49,614 nt of DNA, from NCBI GenBank assembly GCA_009602725.1, contig WELB01000011.1, positions 911,463 to 961,076 of the forward strand, read 5' to 3'. A program made the translations under genes and the position numbers. Under the pieces are notes generated by a model. It was not told the DNA's origin and made no database searches. It saw only the letters and a list, made by a program, of their open reading frames with translations. This document shows, one piece after another, positions 11,377-23,100 of this stretch (its first letter is position 1; the number at the start of each line of letters is the position of its first letter). The stretch is from Spirogloea muscicola. Its lineage: Eukaryota.

Positions 11377-11455
11377 CTTTCGGGCTAGCTTTTCACGGAC
11401 CTTGCCCCCTTCGGGAGTGCCACTTCTTCTTTGGGAAAGCCACTTCCTTTCTTCC

Positions 11456-11752
11456 ATTCCACTTCCATTCTAGCATCCCGCAAGCCATCGTTGCACGCTA
11501 TAGAATGCAGCTATCATTGAGTCTGCAACCCTCCCAGGCACTCGCGATTCACCAGCGTGCTGGTCGTGCGTTAGCCCAGGCTAGTGGCTTCTGTGGTGGT
11601 GGTTTGGCTCCGAAGTATAGCTTGTCGGATTTGCATGTGCTCACACGGGGATTTAGTGTCCCCCTTAGCCAGCTCATTACCCAGTTGACAGGACATTTGT
11701 AAGGCTAGAATTGGCCTCCCTTTCAATTTCATGCGCACCGCGCTCCTTCTCT
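11456..11752 (+). mobile_element. 5'-truncated CRE-like 3' end
   Basis: SSIPQAIVARYRMQLSLSLQ.SQALAIHQRAGRALAQASG..SLSDLHVLTRG plus the terminal ttggcctccctttca motif. Flanked by ctttcttcc (11447-11455, 11753-11761). Confidence 0.8.
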
Positions 11753-11851
11753 CTTTCTTCCTGACCATCGACGGGGGTACACTTGAGCCCACCGTTCCAG
11801 AACGTCTTCTTTGTGGCAAGCCACCCCAGAAAGAACAGAAACAACAATATC

Positions 11852-12002
11852 TCCAATATAAGGCAGTGGCTGTGAAATGCCAGCCCATATGGACAAGGTC
11901 CCAAGAAAGTGGCTCTCCCACTGGGGGCGAGAGGGCTGTAACGCTTTCAGACCTTGTACACTTCTTTGCGCTGGCCTTTGACAGCCACTGCCTTATACTG
12001 GA
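11852..12002. repeat. Imperfect inverted repeat with ~50-bp arms
   Basis: 11852-11900 (tccaatataaggcagtggctgt...acaaggtc) is the reverse complement of 11950-12002, with mismatches and an indel. Confidence 0.75.
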
Positions 12003-12284
12003 AAGAGCTGTTTCTTCAATAATCAGAGAGACCGAAGTTGGCTCACAGGACTGCACAGCAGTGAGTGGTGTAAGAAGTTCGCCCAGCAGGGCGCTAAAGA
12101 AGCATATGGAGGGTCACTGTGACTTGCGATTCAGGCAGATAATTATGCACCTCAGAGACAAGCTCTCGTCATGCGGCTAAGGACACTTACAAAAATCCAC
12201 TGGGTACAGGCAAACAGAGACGCATTTGGACGTTGGCAACGACCAGTATGTCGAAATAAGATTTGCGGAAGGCACAAGTTGATC

Positions 12285-15056
12285 CTATCGGTTGGCCTTG
12301 TTCCAATATTCATAGCGAGTCCGCTCCCAGCCAGGGCGTATCATGAAGGCAAAGATGACGAAGCCAATGGTTGCAGGCACTACCAGCTGGATGGGAAGCT
12401 GTGGTATTGGTGTCTTCCTTGCCATGGTGGTGCCAGAATGAGTAATACCTGCAGGCCAGCTGAGCTGAAGCCGTCAGTGGCAGATCCATACAAACAGGTC
12501 CTAGCACTTGCGACGTGACAGCCAGGCACGTAAGCCATGCATGCAGCTATTTGCAGGTCCACACAATACTTTACCACAGCCTAACGTTTCTAATCTGTAT
12601 CAACCCAAGACAAAGCATATAGAGATAAATACTGGGGCTAAACAACCCCAAAGTCTCACGTAAGGGAGTTGTCTGCTTAAGACATTTCTATGGGAGCTGA
12701 CTCAAATAAAAAAGCTCACAATCGGAGGATACATTTGTATGTTTACTCAACAACAGAGGGAACGATAAACACGAGTGGCCTTCTGAGACAGGGAACCCAA
12801 TCACAGCACAACAGAAACAGGTTTGACGCTGAGACTTGCCTCCATATATAAGAGCTGCGACATTGTGAGCGACATGGAGAGTGATGGGTGCCCAAATGCT
12901 GCCGGAAGCCACCGCCAAAGCGCCAGCTGCAATGCCAAGGACTGCACATGCCACATGAGAGTGAGGTGAGGACTGGACGGGCTGCTGCTGGCATCGCAGG
13001 CACAGGCTGCTTATCTAGTCATCAATTTCACCTGCTCATTAGTGAGCTCAAGAAAGGGATTAACAACAGACCCTTGGCAGCTCCCACGTCCTGGTCCTAC
13101 TTCATGGGACGATTCCAGGAGAATGTCAGCTGTTGATTGCGCCAGCAGGTGCTCACCAGTGGTCGCAAAGAATTGCGGCAGGTTGAGGTGGAACATCCCA
13201 AATAATGCTCCGGCGAGGATGACAGCATCCACTCTGCACATCATCATTCCCTTGCTCATCTGAGCTATCAAGAACCGCCTCTCCCCACATTGATATGACA
13301 GGGGTGCAGCATTCTGCAACCTGGGTGTCAACATCCACTGTCGAGCTGTGCTGCTGGCAGTGCAGCTACCAAGGACCAGAGCACGTATCCAGGTCGAGGA
13401 TCTGAGCAGACGGGCAGATCTCTACAAGGCTTGACTGACGCACCTGCCAAGGTGCGGCTTGAGAGCACTCAAAACAAAGCCACGAAATAGCAGCTCCTCT
13501 GCGACAGCCGGCAGCAGCGCAGCAGTCGCCAAGAGGTAGACCCAGCCTGCCGGGCTCGAGGGATAGTGCTCAAACATGGACACTGCTCCACAGCAAAATG
13601 AGAGGCGTTCAGTCTATTGCATCTTGATGTGCCTGTGCCTGCAGAGATGCCTTGTATTCTGTCATATGTTGCAGCGTGCACTCCCGATGCAGTCAAGCCA
13701 GGGCAGACGAGAGCAGGCGCAGAGGACATTTTGGCAATGAGTCCTCTGCCTACCTAGGACGCTCTTGTTAGGCAGCGGCGCTGGCAGGGAAGCCGAGAAG
13801 GCCCACAGGCGCTGCCAGATGGTGGCAGTGAGCAGCACCCAGGCACTAACGCCGCCGACCAGCCCGGCAAAGGCGAACCGCTTCTTCAGCCTGGGGCGTG
13901 GGAGAGTGGGCGTGGAATGTGTGACTGATTGACTCGATTCGTGTGTGCAAGGAAAGCAGCACCTCAAGATCCCCTCACTGTCCACATGCACTGCCTGCAT
14001 CTGAGGCAGTTGATGTTGCAGATATAAGCTCGCCCCCACTTGCCTTGCAAGGAGGAAGGTGCGCTTGAGGTCGAAGCTGGCCACCTTGCAGTAGCTGACA
14101 GTCGGGACAACGAACAGGCCCTGCCTCCTTGAAACAAGCCCAGCCAAGGGCGACACACCCCAAGGAGAGCTCAGCTTGGAGGCAGATCAATAATTATTAT
14201 TGGTGCCGCATCGTACAACACGGACACATATAGCTGTGCACCCTTACAGCTGCAGCATGGACAGCCATGACAGTATCGCCTGCTTCTGACATCATCCGGT
14301 TGATATAGGCTTGAGAAACCTCTCATCAGATATGCAGAGTCTATGCTTGAAGAGGATCAGAAGGTTCAAAGTCAGCAGTCAGGGGAGCCTCACTGCGCCG
14401 GATGCTTTTCAGTTCTGGTGAAAATGTGAGTTGTCAGGGAAAGCTGCAAGCCCAGATGCAGTTGAGGAGGGAAGGTGGAGAAGCGGCACACCCACTGCAC
14501 CGCGGCGAGCACGAGGAGGGCGGCGTTCCTGGGCAGGATGAGCGTCGGCAGCGGCCCGTCGGCTAGCGCGATGAGGAGCACGAGCGACGCGCTGAACCTG
14601 GAGGAGAGTGCGGCGAGCAGGCCAACCACAGAGCGACGACCGTCAAGCACTTGGCACACTGCGATTCATAGCTGCTGGCGGGCGCGGCCACCATGGACCC
14701 CACGGGGAGTGCCGAGGGGTCCAGCAACAAAATTTCGTCACCCGCGTGACTTGAACCCTGCAGCCTGGACGAGAAGACCCTAGTTGTCGAAGTTAAGGCT
14801 ATGACCACATAACCTGCAATCGAAAGCCAAAATCCGCCCCATTAGCCCCTGATTTCCCTGCGCTGCAGGCAGTGGGGTGGGGCAGGGCGGCCACCAGTGG
14901 ATGACGTCGTTGAAGCAGGGGAGCGCCAGGACGCCCACCAGCGGGGGCTCCGCGGCGAGCACGCTCGCGTCGGGCGCGTCCACCGTGACCGCGAAGCGCG
15001 GCGGCTCGGGGTCCTCCCCCGCCTCGCCCGACGCCGGCAGCGCCGCCGCCCGGGCT
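12285..15056 (-). CDS. CAAX amino-terminal protease (CPBP/Abi family) membrane protein; 5' end probably in N-gap
   Basis: Family motifs EELLFRG (~13480-13500), LFGMFH and HVAHN, with multiple hydrophobic exons. The 3' exon assignment is tentative. Confidence 0.8.
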
Positions 15057-16037
15057 NNNNNNNNNNNNNNNNNNNNNNNNNNNNNNNNNNNNNNNNNNNN
15101 NNNNNNNNNNNNNNNNNNNNNNNNNNNNNNNNNNNNNNNNNNNNNNNNNNNNNNNNNNNNNNNNNNNNNNNNNNNNNNNNNNNNNNNNNNNNNNNNNNNN
15201 NNNNNNNNNNNNNNNNNNNNNNNNNNNNNNNNNNNNNNNNNNNNNNNNNNNNNNNNNNNNNNNNNNNNNNNNNNNNNNNNNNNNNNNNNNNNNNNNNNNN
15301 NNNNNNNNNNNNNNNNNNNNNNNNNNNNNNNNNNNNNNNNNNNNNNNNNNNNNNNNNNNNNNNNNNNNNNNNNNNNNNNNNNNNNNNNNNNNNNNNNNNN
15401 NNNNNNNNNNNNNNNNNNNNNNNNNNNNNNNNNNNNNNNNNNNNNNNNNNNNNNNNNNNNNNNNNNNNNNNNNNNNNNNNNNNNNNNNNNNNNNNNNNNN
15501 NNNNNNNNNNNNNNNNNNNNNNNNNNNNNNNNNNNNNNNNNNNNNNNNNNNNNNNNNNNNNNNNNNNNNNNNNNNNNNNNNNNNNNNNNNNNNNNNNNNN
15601 NNNNNNNNNNNNNNNNNNNNNNNNNNNNNNNNNNNNNNNNNNNNNNNNNNNNNNNNNNNNNNNNNNNNNNNNNNNNNNNNNNNNNNNNNNNNCCCCCCCT
15701 CAGCGCGCGCGGCGCCCCCTCCCAGGCCCTGCTCCCAGCTCCCCCGCCGTCTCCCCGCCCCGCTTCCCCTCCTCGCCACCTTACCCTCCTGCTGGCTCCG
15801 CTCGGCGCCGCCTCCGCCAGGCCGCCGCCCTCTCTGCCGACGGCGCAGCCGGCGCGGCAGGAGCGCTTCTCCGGCGGCGCTGCGAGAGCGAGCAGGCAGC
15901 TGCAGGAGGGCCAGAGGAGGAGCAGTGCCCCCAGGGGAAGGCAAGTCCTCAGCACGGCGCCGGCCCTGATCGGCATACCCGCTCTTGCTCCTTCTGGCAA
16001 GCGCCACCCGCTGGCTCTCCTGCTGCGGACAGCGGAC

Positions 16038-18590
16038 ATGGGTCTCGCGGTGGCGGCGCTCGCCATGCTCCTCGCGGTCCTGGCGGCGGCAGGCAGCGCG
16101 TCGGCCCAAAATCACCCCATATTAAATGCCACGACGACGCGTAAGAATCCGCTGCCTCCACTCCTGTGCACGGACCGCCTTCCTACCGAACCTCAAGTGG
16201 CGACTGCAGAAGCAGCTGAACGTCACGTTGCTCGGATGTCACTCAACATCTCCGGCTAGCTATCGCATGTATCGGCCGCCGATCACCGGCCAATTACTGC
16301 AGCCTCTTGGAATGCTCTAGTGGTAGCGGCCGACCCATACTCGTGCAATCGTGCAGCCCTCCGGTGGTGCGTCGGGCAGGCAAGTGAGCTGGCCTTCTGC
16401 TCGCAGATGGTGGAGGTGCTGCAGACCTTAGAGCAGTACGCGCCGTATCTCAACGAGCACCACGACTGGAGCTGGTCAGTCCCCCAGCTTCTTCACACCT
16501 CCTCCTTCCTTCCGCCCCGTAGGGCTCCTTTATCTTCCTCTTGTCGCATATCCTTTGCCAGGCTTGAAGGCCTCGGCATGCTCGCCTCCCTCCACTTGTC
16601 CGGAAGGGAAAATGTGGTTGTTGCCGCTCACCGTATTGTTGGTCACGTGATTCGGCTGCATTCACGGCTGCAGGGCACTCATAATGCATTCATTGCTAAC
16701 ACCATGCCTTGGCAGCCTTGCAACTCAAGGTGCTGAGTGCCGTGGCAGCCACGCACCTTCATGTATTAGCAAGGGTGCCGCCTGATGATTGTGCAAGGTC
16801 CATCCTGCAGCGTGCACGGCAATGGGGACGAAGGCTGCATCGACATGGTCGCTGCTGGCGACGCAGACCTTGGCATGTTCAATGCTGGCTCCCTGGTCTA
16901 TGCCCAGAGATACGACCTGGTTCCATACATCCGCGAGCGCTTCGCAGGCGAGATTGGTGGCATCTACTACAGCGTAGCAGTTGTTCATGCGTCCTTCTGC
17001 AGGTAAAGGGCCGCCTTGCGGCGACCTCCACTTCTTCTGCGTCATGCACGCTGCCAGCGCATGAGGTGCAAATGGGCGAACTGATCAAGGCTTGCCATGC
17101 GAGCCGTAGGTGTCCGAGGCAAGGGCGCTGCAGCTGCTGACATAGTCCCCATTGATTGCCCGCTTTGGCAGCGCTGCAACGACGCTGGCTGATCTACAAG
17201 GCAGGTCGTCGTGCCACACGGGCTACCGGCAAACGACTGGTTGGGATGCACCCATCAGCTACATGACAAGTGGGGGGTCGCCCATCATCAGCCTCGTTAA
17301 CAGGTGGAGCCCTACGACACCACGTCTGGAGCTGATCCACATGACTGTAGCCAATTTCCCAAGTACTTTTTGGCCTGTTTCTAAATTGCGCATTGACGAG
17401 GTGCTTGCCGGGATGCTCAGGACATCAAGGCAGCCCATCGACATCCAGTCCGCGGCGGGCTTCTTTGGCAAGTCCTGCGCTGCTAATGAGGGCGACGCCA
17501 AGATCTGCTCTGCCTGCAGCAGTGTTGAGAATTGCGATGTCGATGACGATGTGCGCATCCCTTGCTCCACACAGAACCCTGCTTGAGAAGTCGCACTCCC
17601 ATGCCCTCTCTCTCAGTCATGCCATTCCAGCCATGACGTGAAAGGAGAAATTTGGCGAGGAGCCATTGCTGATGGAAAGAGAACAGGATGCCAGGCCTTT
17701 GCGTCCTGATCGCAGCTGCAACCACGATGGCAAGCAAGGCAAGCTGCAACAGCAGCATCAACAGCAATAAAAGCTAAGCAGTTTGAGGATGTGGATGCTG
17801 CAGTTCTTTGGGGCGGTGGGAGCCTTCAAGTGCCTGGTGGAGAGCGACAACGATGTGGCCTTCACTGAGCACAACGTCCCACTCAACTACGCAGCCGGCG
17901 GCGAGAATGCCGTTACTTCCTGGTCCAATCTACAGAGCCACGACAACTACCGGCTCCTCTGCCCCACCGTAAGTGCCTTCAGCTATATCCACACCAAGAA
18001 GTTGCGGGGCGGAGGAGCAGCAGATGAAGCAGAGAGCCTTCAGCCCTGTTGCCTGCCTTCCTAGAGTGGGGAGTCCAAGTGCTACTTGACCTGGCATGCA
18101 GAGCCCAGCGGGTGCTCGCAAGTGTTTCAATATCTACTTGCCGTTTGACCTGCATTAAGTAAACCCTCGTTGAATGTCGCAGGGCGGGTGCGCGCCATTG
18201 ACCTCCTACCGGGACTGTTCATTTGGAGCGGTGCCAGGCAAGGCCCTGCTAATACGGTCGGACTTCAATGAGCAGGACCGCAGCCAGTTGCTCACCGTTC
18301 TAGACATTGCCAACGTGCGCGCGCAGGCGTCGGGCCTGCTCTTCTCTGGCAGTGGCAACATCTTCAGCCCTGGCGCGGTCGGCACAGAGCCCGTGCCCAC
18401 CGGCACGACGATCCTGGAGTACCTTGGTCCCCTAGAGGCCTTGACCAACAAGCTGGACGCGCTGTCCACTCCTGGAAGCTTCGATTACTCTGACACCCCT
18501 GCCTCCACTCCGTCATCGGCAACCCTTAGGACCACCACAGTCACATTAGCCGCGACTATGGCGATCGTTGCTATGCTCCATGGATTCTGA
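16038..18590 (+). CDS. Single-lobe transferrin-like protein with signal peptide and probable GPI-anchor signal
   Basis: Seven exons join in frame. Transferrin hallmarks LRWC, C...V.AGDAD, YYSVAVV, LQGRSSCHTG..TGWDAP, FFGKSC, GAFKCL..DVAF..H, YRLLCP and C..G.VP. Hydrophobic N- and C-termini. Confidence 0.9.
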
Positions 18591-20168
18591 ACTTGGTAAC
18601 AACTTCTCGATATTCAGTCCAAGTTGATCCTATTTTACACAGCAAGGTGTCAATTGCAAGAGAGTATGTGTCTGCTATCCATTGAGCAGCATCTTTGTTG
18701 CACAGAGGGTGGCCATGGAGACACAGCTGTTGCGCAGTGGAGGTCATAGGTGGGAATCATAATGGTAGCCATGCCATGATGCATGATGCATACATTCTCT
18801 ATCGTGCACAACTCTTCAAGAAGAAGAACCAGCTTACATGTGCATGCTGCAGAGACAGCCCAGCGATTCTCAGCCTTGGCTGCAGCTTGCAGCTTCAGTC
18901 TTTGTCGTTTACTCTAAAGGAAGTGTTGTACCGATGGCTCAGAGTTGTCATATCACAATGAACAGTAGGTTAAATTGATGCACTAAGTCTGTACTATGCA
19001 GGTGTGCAAGGCAATCCCGTTCTTGGCACTGCGTATCACACAAGAAACAGAATGTCTGCCAACTCAGGCTAGAGGCCTTCGAAATTGTGGAAATTACGAC
19101 ACCTAAGTCTATGCCCCATTTGGTCAAGCTTCGTGGAGACCAGCAGTTGTCTGAACGCTGGACTGACGAACTACTTCAGCAAGTCAATGTGACCCCCAGA
19201 CCATGGGTGCTTGCGTCGCGAGAGAGTAGAGATTGAAGAAAGACTGGCTCCTTCACCTTGGACTTCAATTTACACAAGAGCACCGCCATATGCTGAATGC
19301 TGGCGAGCAACCTGGAGATAGATGCAACTGGATTGACAAGCGAGTAACAGCCAGATTGTTTGCGCTTGCACTACCTCGTAGCTGTCCCGTCAAGCAGCCA
19401 CAAGCCAAAAGCAGCAGCTGTCAATGGCCGGAACAAGACGAAGGAGGAAATTCCGAGCGGCAGAGGAGCCAACAGCGGGAGCCGTTGGGGTAGCGCCACA
19501 CCCCCGTGCTTGAAGAGAAGCGGTGCAGCTATCACTGCCGCCTGCACGGCCCGGCCGTGCGCGGCCAGGCCGCGACGGCTGGCGGAGAGGCAGCGAAGGC
19601 GCTTAGACAGCAGGCGACGCCGCCGCCGCCGCCGCCGCCGCTGCGGCGCGCTGCTGGGAGGGGGATGGCTGGGAGGGGTTTGGTTGTGATACGTCCGAGC
19701 ATCTGGGAGATGGCACTTAGCGGCGCGGCTGGCGCGTGGCGCCGCCACCGCTAAGTCGCCGACAGGGGCGTGGGGTACGGCCGGCGGGGATGCAGCCCCT
19801 CGTCGGGCTGCCCGTAGCTGCTGCCGGCCCGACAGTGGCACTGATGCAGCGGATTATTTTTGTGAACTAATTAATGGTCGAGACGGGAGGTCGCCCATCC
19901 GCAAACGGGACGCGGCCAGGCAGCCCCCGCGCCCACCCACGCGCGGCCATGGCTGTCGCCGCCGTCGCCGCGCGCTGGCCCGCGCCGCGACGGCGCNNNN
20001 NNNNNNNNNNNNNNNNNNNNNNNNNNNNNNNNNNNNNNNNNNNNNNNNNNNNNNNNNNNNNNNNNNNNNNNNNNNNNNNNNNNNNNNNNNNNNNNNNNNN
20101 NNNNNNNNNNNNNNNNNNNNNNNNNNNNNNNNNNNGGCGCCGGCTAGCCGGGCAGCGCCGCCGGCACG

Positions 20169-23100
20169 ATGCAGGCGAACGTGGTGCAGCGGCCGCGGCA
20201 GCAGCAGCAGTCGCCGCCGGGCGCCGCGGCGCTCGGCGCCAATGCCTGGCGGACCTGGCAGACGGACGGCGACTCCTCGCTCCGCACCGCCGTGCTGCAG
20301 CAGATGTGAGCGCCCCCCGCCGCGCGCACGGCTGGCCAGCATGCTCTCGGGCCGGCACACACATTGCAGCTGCAGCACCGTTAAATAATAGCGCCGGGCT
20401 CTCGTCATGTCCATCCACGGCTGGCCATGGAGGGTGGGGGCTTCTCGTGACTCGTTTCGTGCTGCTGCCTTGGTTCAGCTTGTCCCTGTTCCAGCAGCGG
20501 CGGCCCCAGCAGCCCGCCAACCGGCTGACCGACTTCGTCAAGTGCCTGGAGGACGAGCTGTACAAGGATGCCTCCTCAAAGGTTGGCCTTGCGCATGCCA
20601 TCTCCGAGGGCCTACCCTACGCCGCCTGCTGCTTCTGCAGCACCGGTGGCAGAGCAAGCCATCAGCAGATTGCGGCACGGAATTACCGCAGGCTGGGGCA
20701 TAGTTGCGTAAGGAGTCAGGGGCCACTCTTGCAAGCTTAGGACCAGAGTGCAGGGTGCAGTCAAGATGCCCTAAGTAGGGCGCACGCCAAGGGCAGGAAG
20801 GCGATGCACATGTGACCGCCGGTCTACAGGGGGGTCGACTCGAGGAGCAGCTGCTGAAGCGGAGAAGGTTTATGCATCATTCATTGCGGCTCAGCCCCAG
20901 TAGCAGCTGTAGAATGTCAGGGAGCATGGCACAATGACTGACCTTCGCGTTTGTGCTGCCGCAGGAGGTGTATGCGGATGTCTCCACGCTGGAGCACCGG
21001 CTGCAGCAGGTCGCAAAGCGGATGATGCCCTCCGTCAACCGTGGCCAGGTTGCGACTGCCAATGGCGCAGGAGGGCAGGGCATGCAGATGTATCAGAGGC
21101 CACCATCACCGGCGTCGAGCTCCGCCATGGGCACGGGCGCCGGCATGATGCCCACTCCCGGCTCCAATTCGATGCCGATCGCCGCGGGAGGGTTTGGCAG
21201 CAACATGATGGGGGCACATCCTGGCAACATGATACCCACCCCTGGCGGAGTCATCGGCGGCCTGCTGTTGCCGCAGCAGCAGCTGGCTTCGGCGAGGATG
21301 CCAGGGGCCATGGCGAACGGCCAAGGCTTCCCGTTAACGAATGGCACCATGATGAATGGCGTGGGGAGCTATGGCTCCGCCAATGCCCTCCAGCAGCACC
21401 AGCAGAGCCTGCAGCTCCAGTCCCAGGCTCGCCAGCGGCAGCAGGCTCAGCAACTCCGCATGCCAGGTGCGCATATATTTCTCATACCCTTATCTCCGGA
21501 GTTCATTAGAGGGCAGCTACTTATGTTGGACCTCAAGAGCGGCACTCTCATGCTCAGAGGACTGCCAGTCGATGAGTTATTGTGTCATTGTGAGTCTGGA
21601 GAGAGAGTGGAGGGGCATGGTGACCTGCGCGTGCAACCCGCATGCCTGAAAGTCTAAGCAGTAGACTTGTCCTCGTCAGAGCCACCAGTATCATGAGTCG
21701 AGCAGCAATGTCAGGATATCGCGCTTTCATTGTCACAATACATGTCACCATCACCATGTCAACGAATATCTCCTACTTTTATCTCTTGTGTCGTCGACTT
21801 CAAGGTTGTCATGGTGAACAAGTCATGCACATAGGTGAGTCCAGGACATTCATGCTATCAATTTCTGCAATCAGCACCAGTGAGGAATGATTGAGGCTTT
21901 TTGCTCTGTCTGCCGGCAGGTTCAATGGGCATGACAGCCATGGTGCAGAACCCCTCAAGCATGGCTATGAATGCTGCGGATCTGGGCGGAGGGCTCGGCA
22001 GCACGCCATCATTGATGGTGCCCACAGCGCCTGTGTCCGAGGGCCATCAACCCCTCAGCAAAATGATCCCAGTGCCTGGCCTGGCACCAATGCAGCAGCA
22101 GCAGCAGCACGATACTCAGCCGCCAGACCAGTCGCGTCACGGAACCACGTATGCTACTACGTCCGTGCAGCAGCCACAGCAGAAGCTTCAGCAGCAGGTG
22201 GGCAGCACCGCGATGAATCTGCTGCAACAGCAGGCTCTGGTGAAGGGCAAAGATGGGCTGGCAACCCTGTCGGCCAGCCCACAGATAGTCCCTACGAATG
22301 TGGATCAACATCCGCACTCACGGCAAGCTGGAACACTGGAGCAGGGTGAAGGGCAGGGGCAGGGTCACGTGCAGGCGCTGGCGCAGGCTTCTCAAATTGC
22401 GCCTGGGCAGCCGCAGCCACAGGCTCAGGGCCCGGCTCAATCTCAAGCTCAGGTCCAAGGACGTGTTCACGTGAAGCCAGGTCAGCTTCTGGCTGTGCCG
22501 CAAGCCCGTGCAGATGCTGGAGCAGCGGGGCCGCCAAGCACCACAGCTCCAGCGGTAGCTGTGGACCCCCAGCGGGCAGCTCAGTACCAGAAGCAGCAGA
22601 GATGGCTCCACTTCTTGCGACATGGGAGCAAATGCACGGCTCCCGAAGGCCAGTGCACGGCCACGCTGCACTGCAGCATGGCACGTCAGCTGTGGGCTCA
22701 CGTCAAAGCCTGCCGAGACCCTCAGTGCACGTACCAGCGCTGCATCGCCACGCGGACGCTGCTCGAGCATCACAATGGTTGCACAGACACGAGGTGCCCC
22801 GTGTGCGAGCCGGTGAGGAGGGCTGTGCATCAGCAGAGGGCGTCGGCAGCCAACAATGCTGCGCAGGCGCAACAGGCCTCGCGGAGTACCGCTACCGGCT
22901 GCAGTCTGGCTGAGCCGGGGCCTACTCAACCTGCTGGACCTTTGCAAGGCCCTGGCCAAGTTGCTGCTGCTGCAGTGCGCCAGCAGGAAGATGTGGATGG
23001 CATGGGGTCTCCAAGCTCAGCTGCATCGCCGCCCCCAAGCAAGAAGCCGAAGATGACAGCTGTGACAGCTTCACTTGCGGGTGCTATTGTTGTGGAGCAA

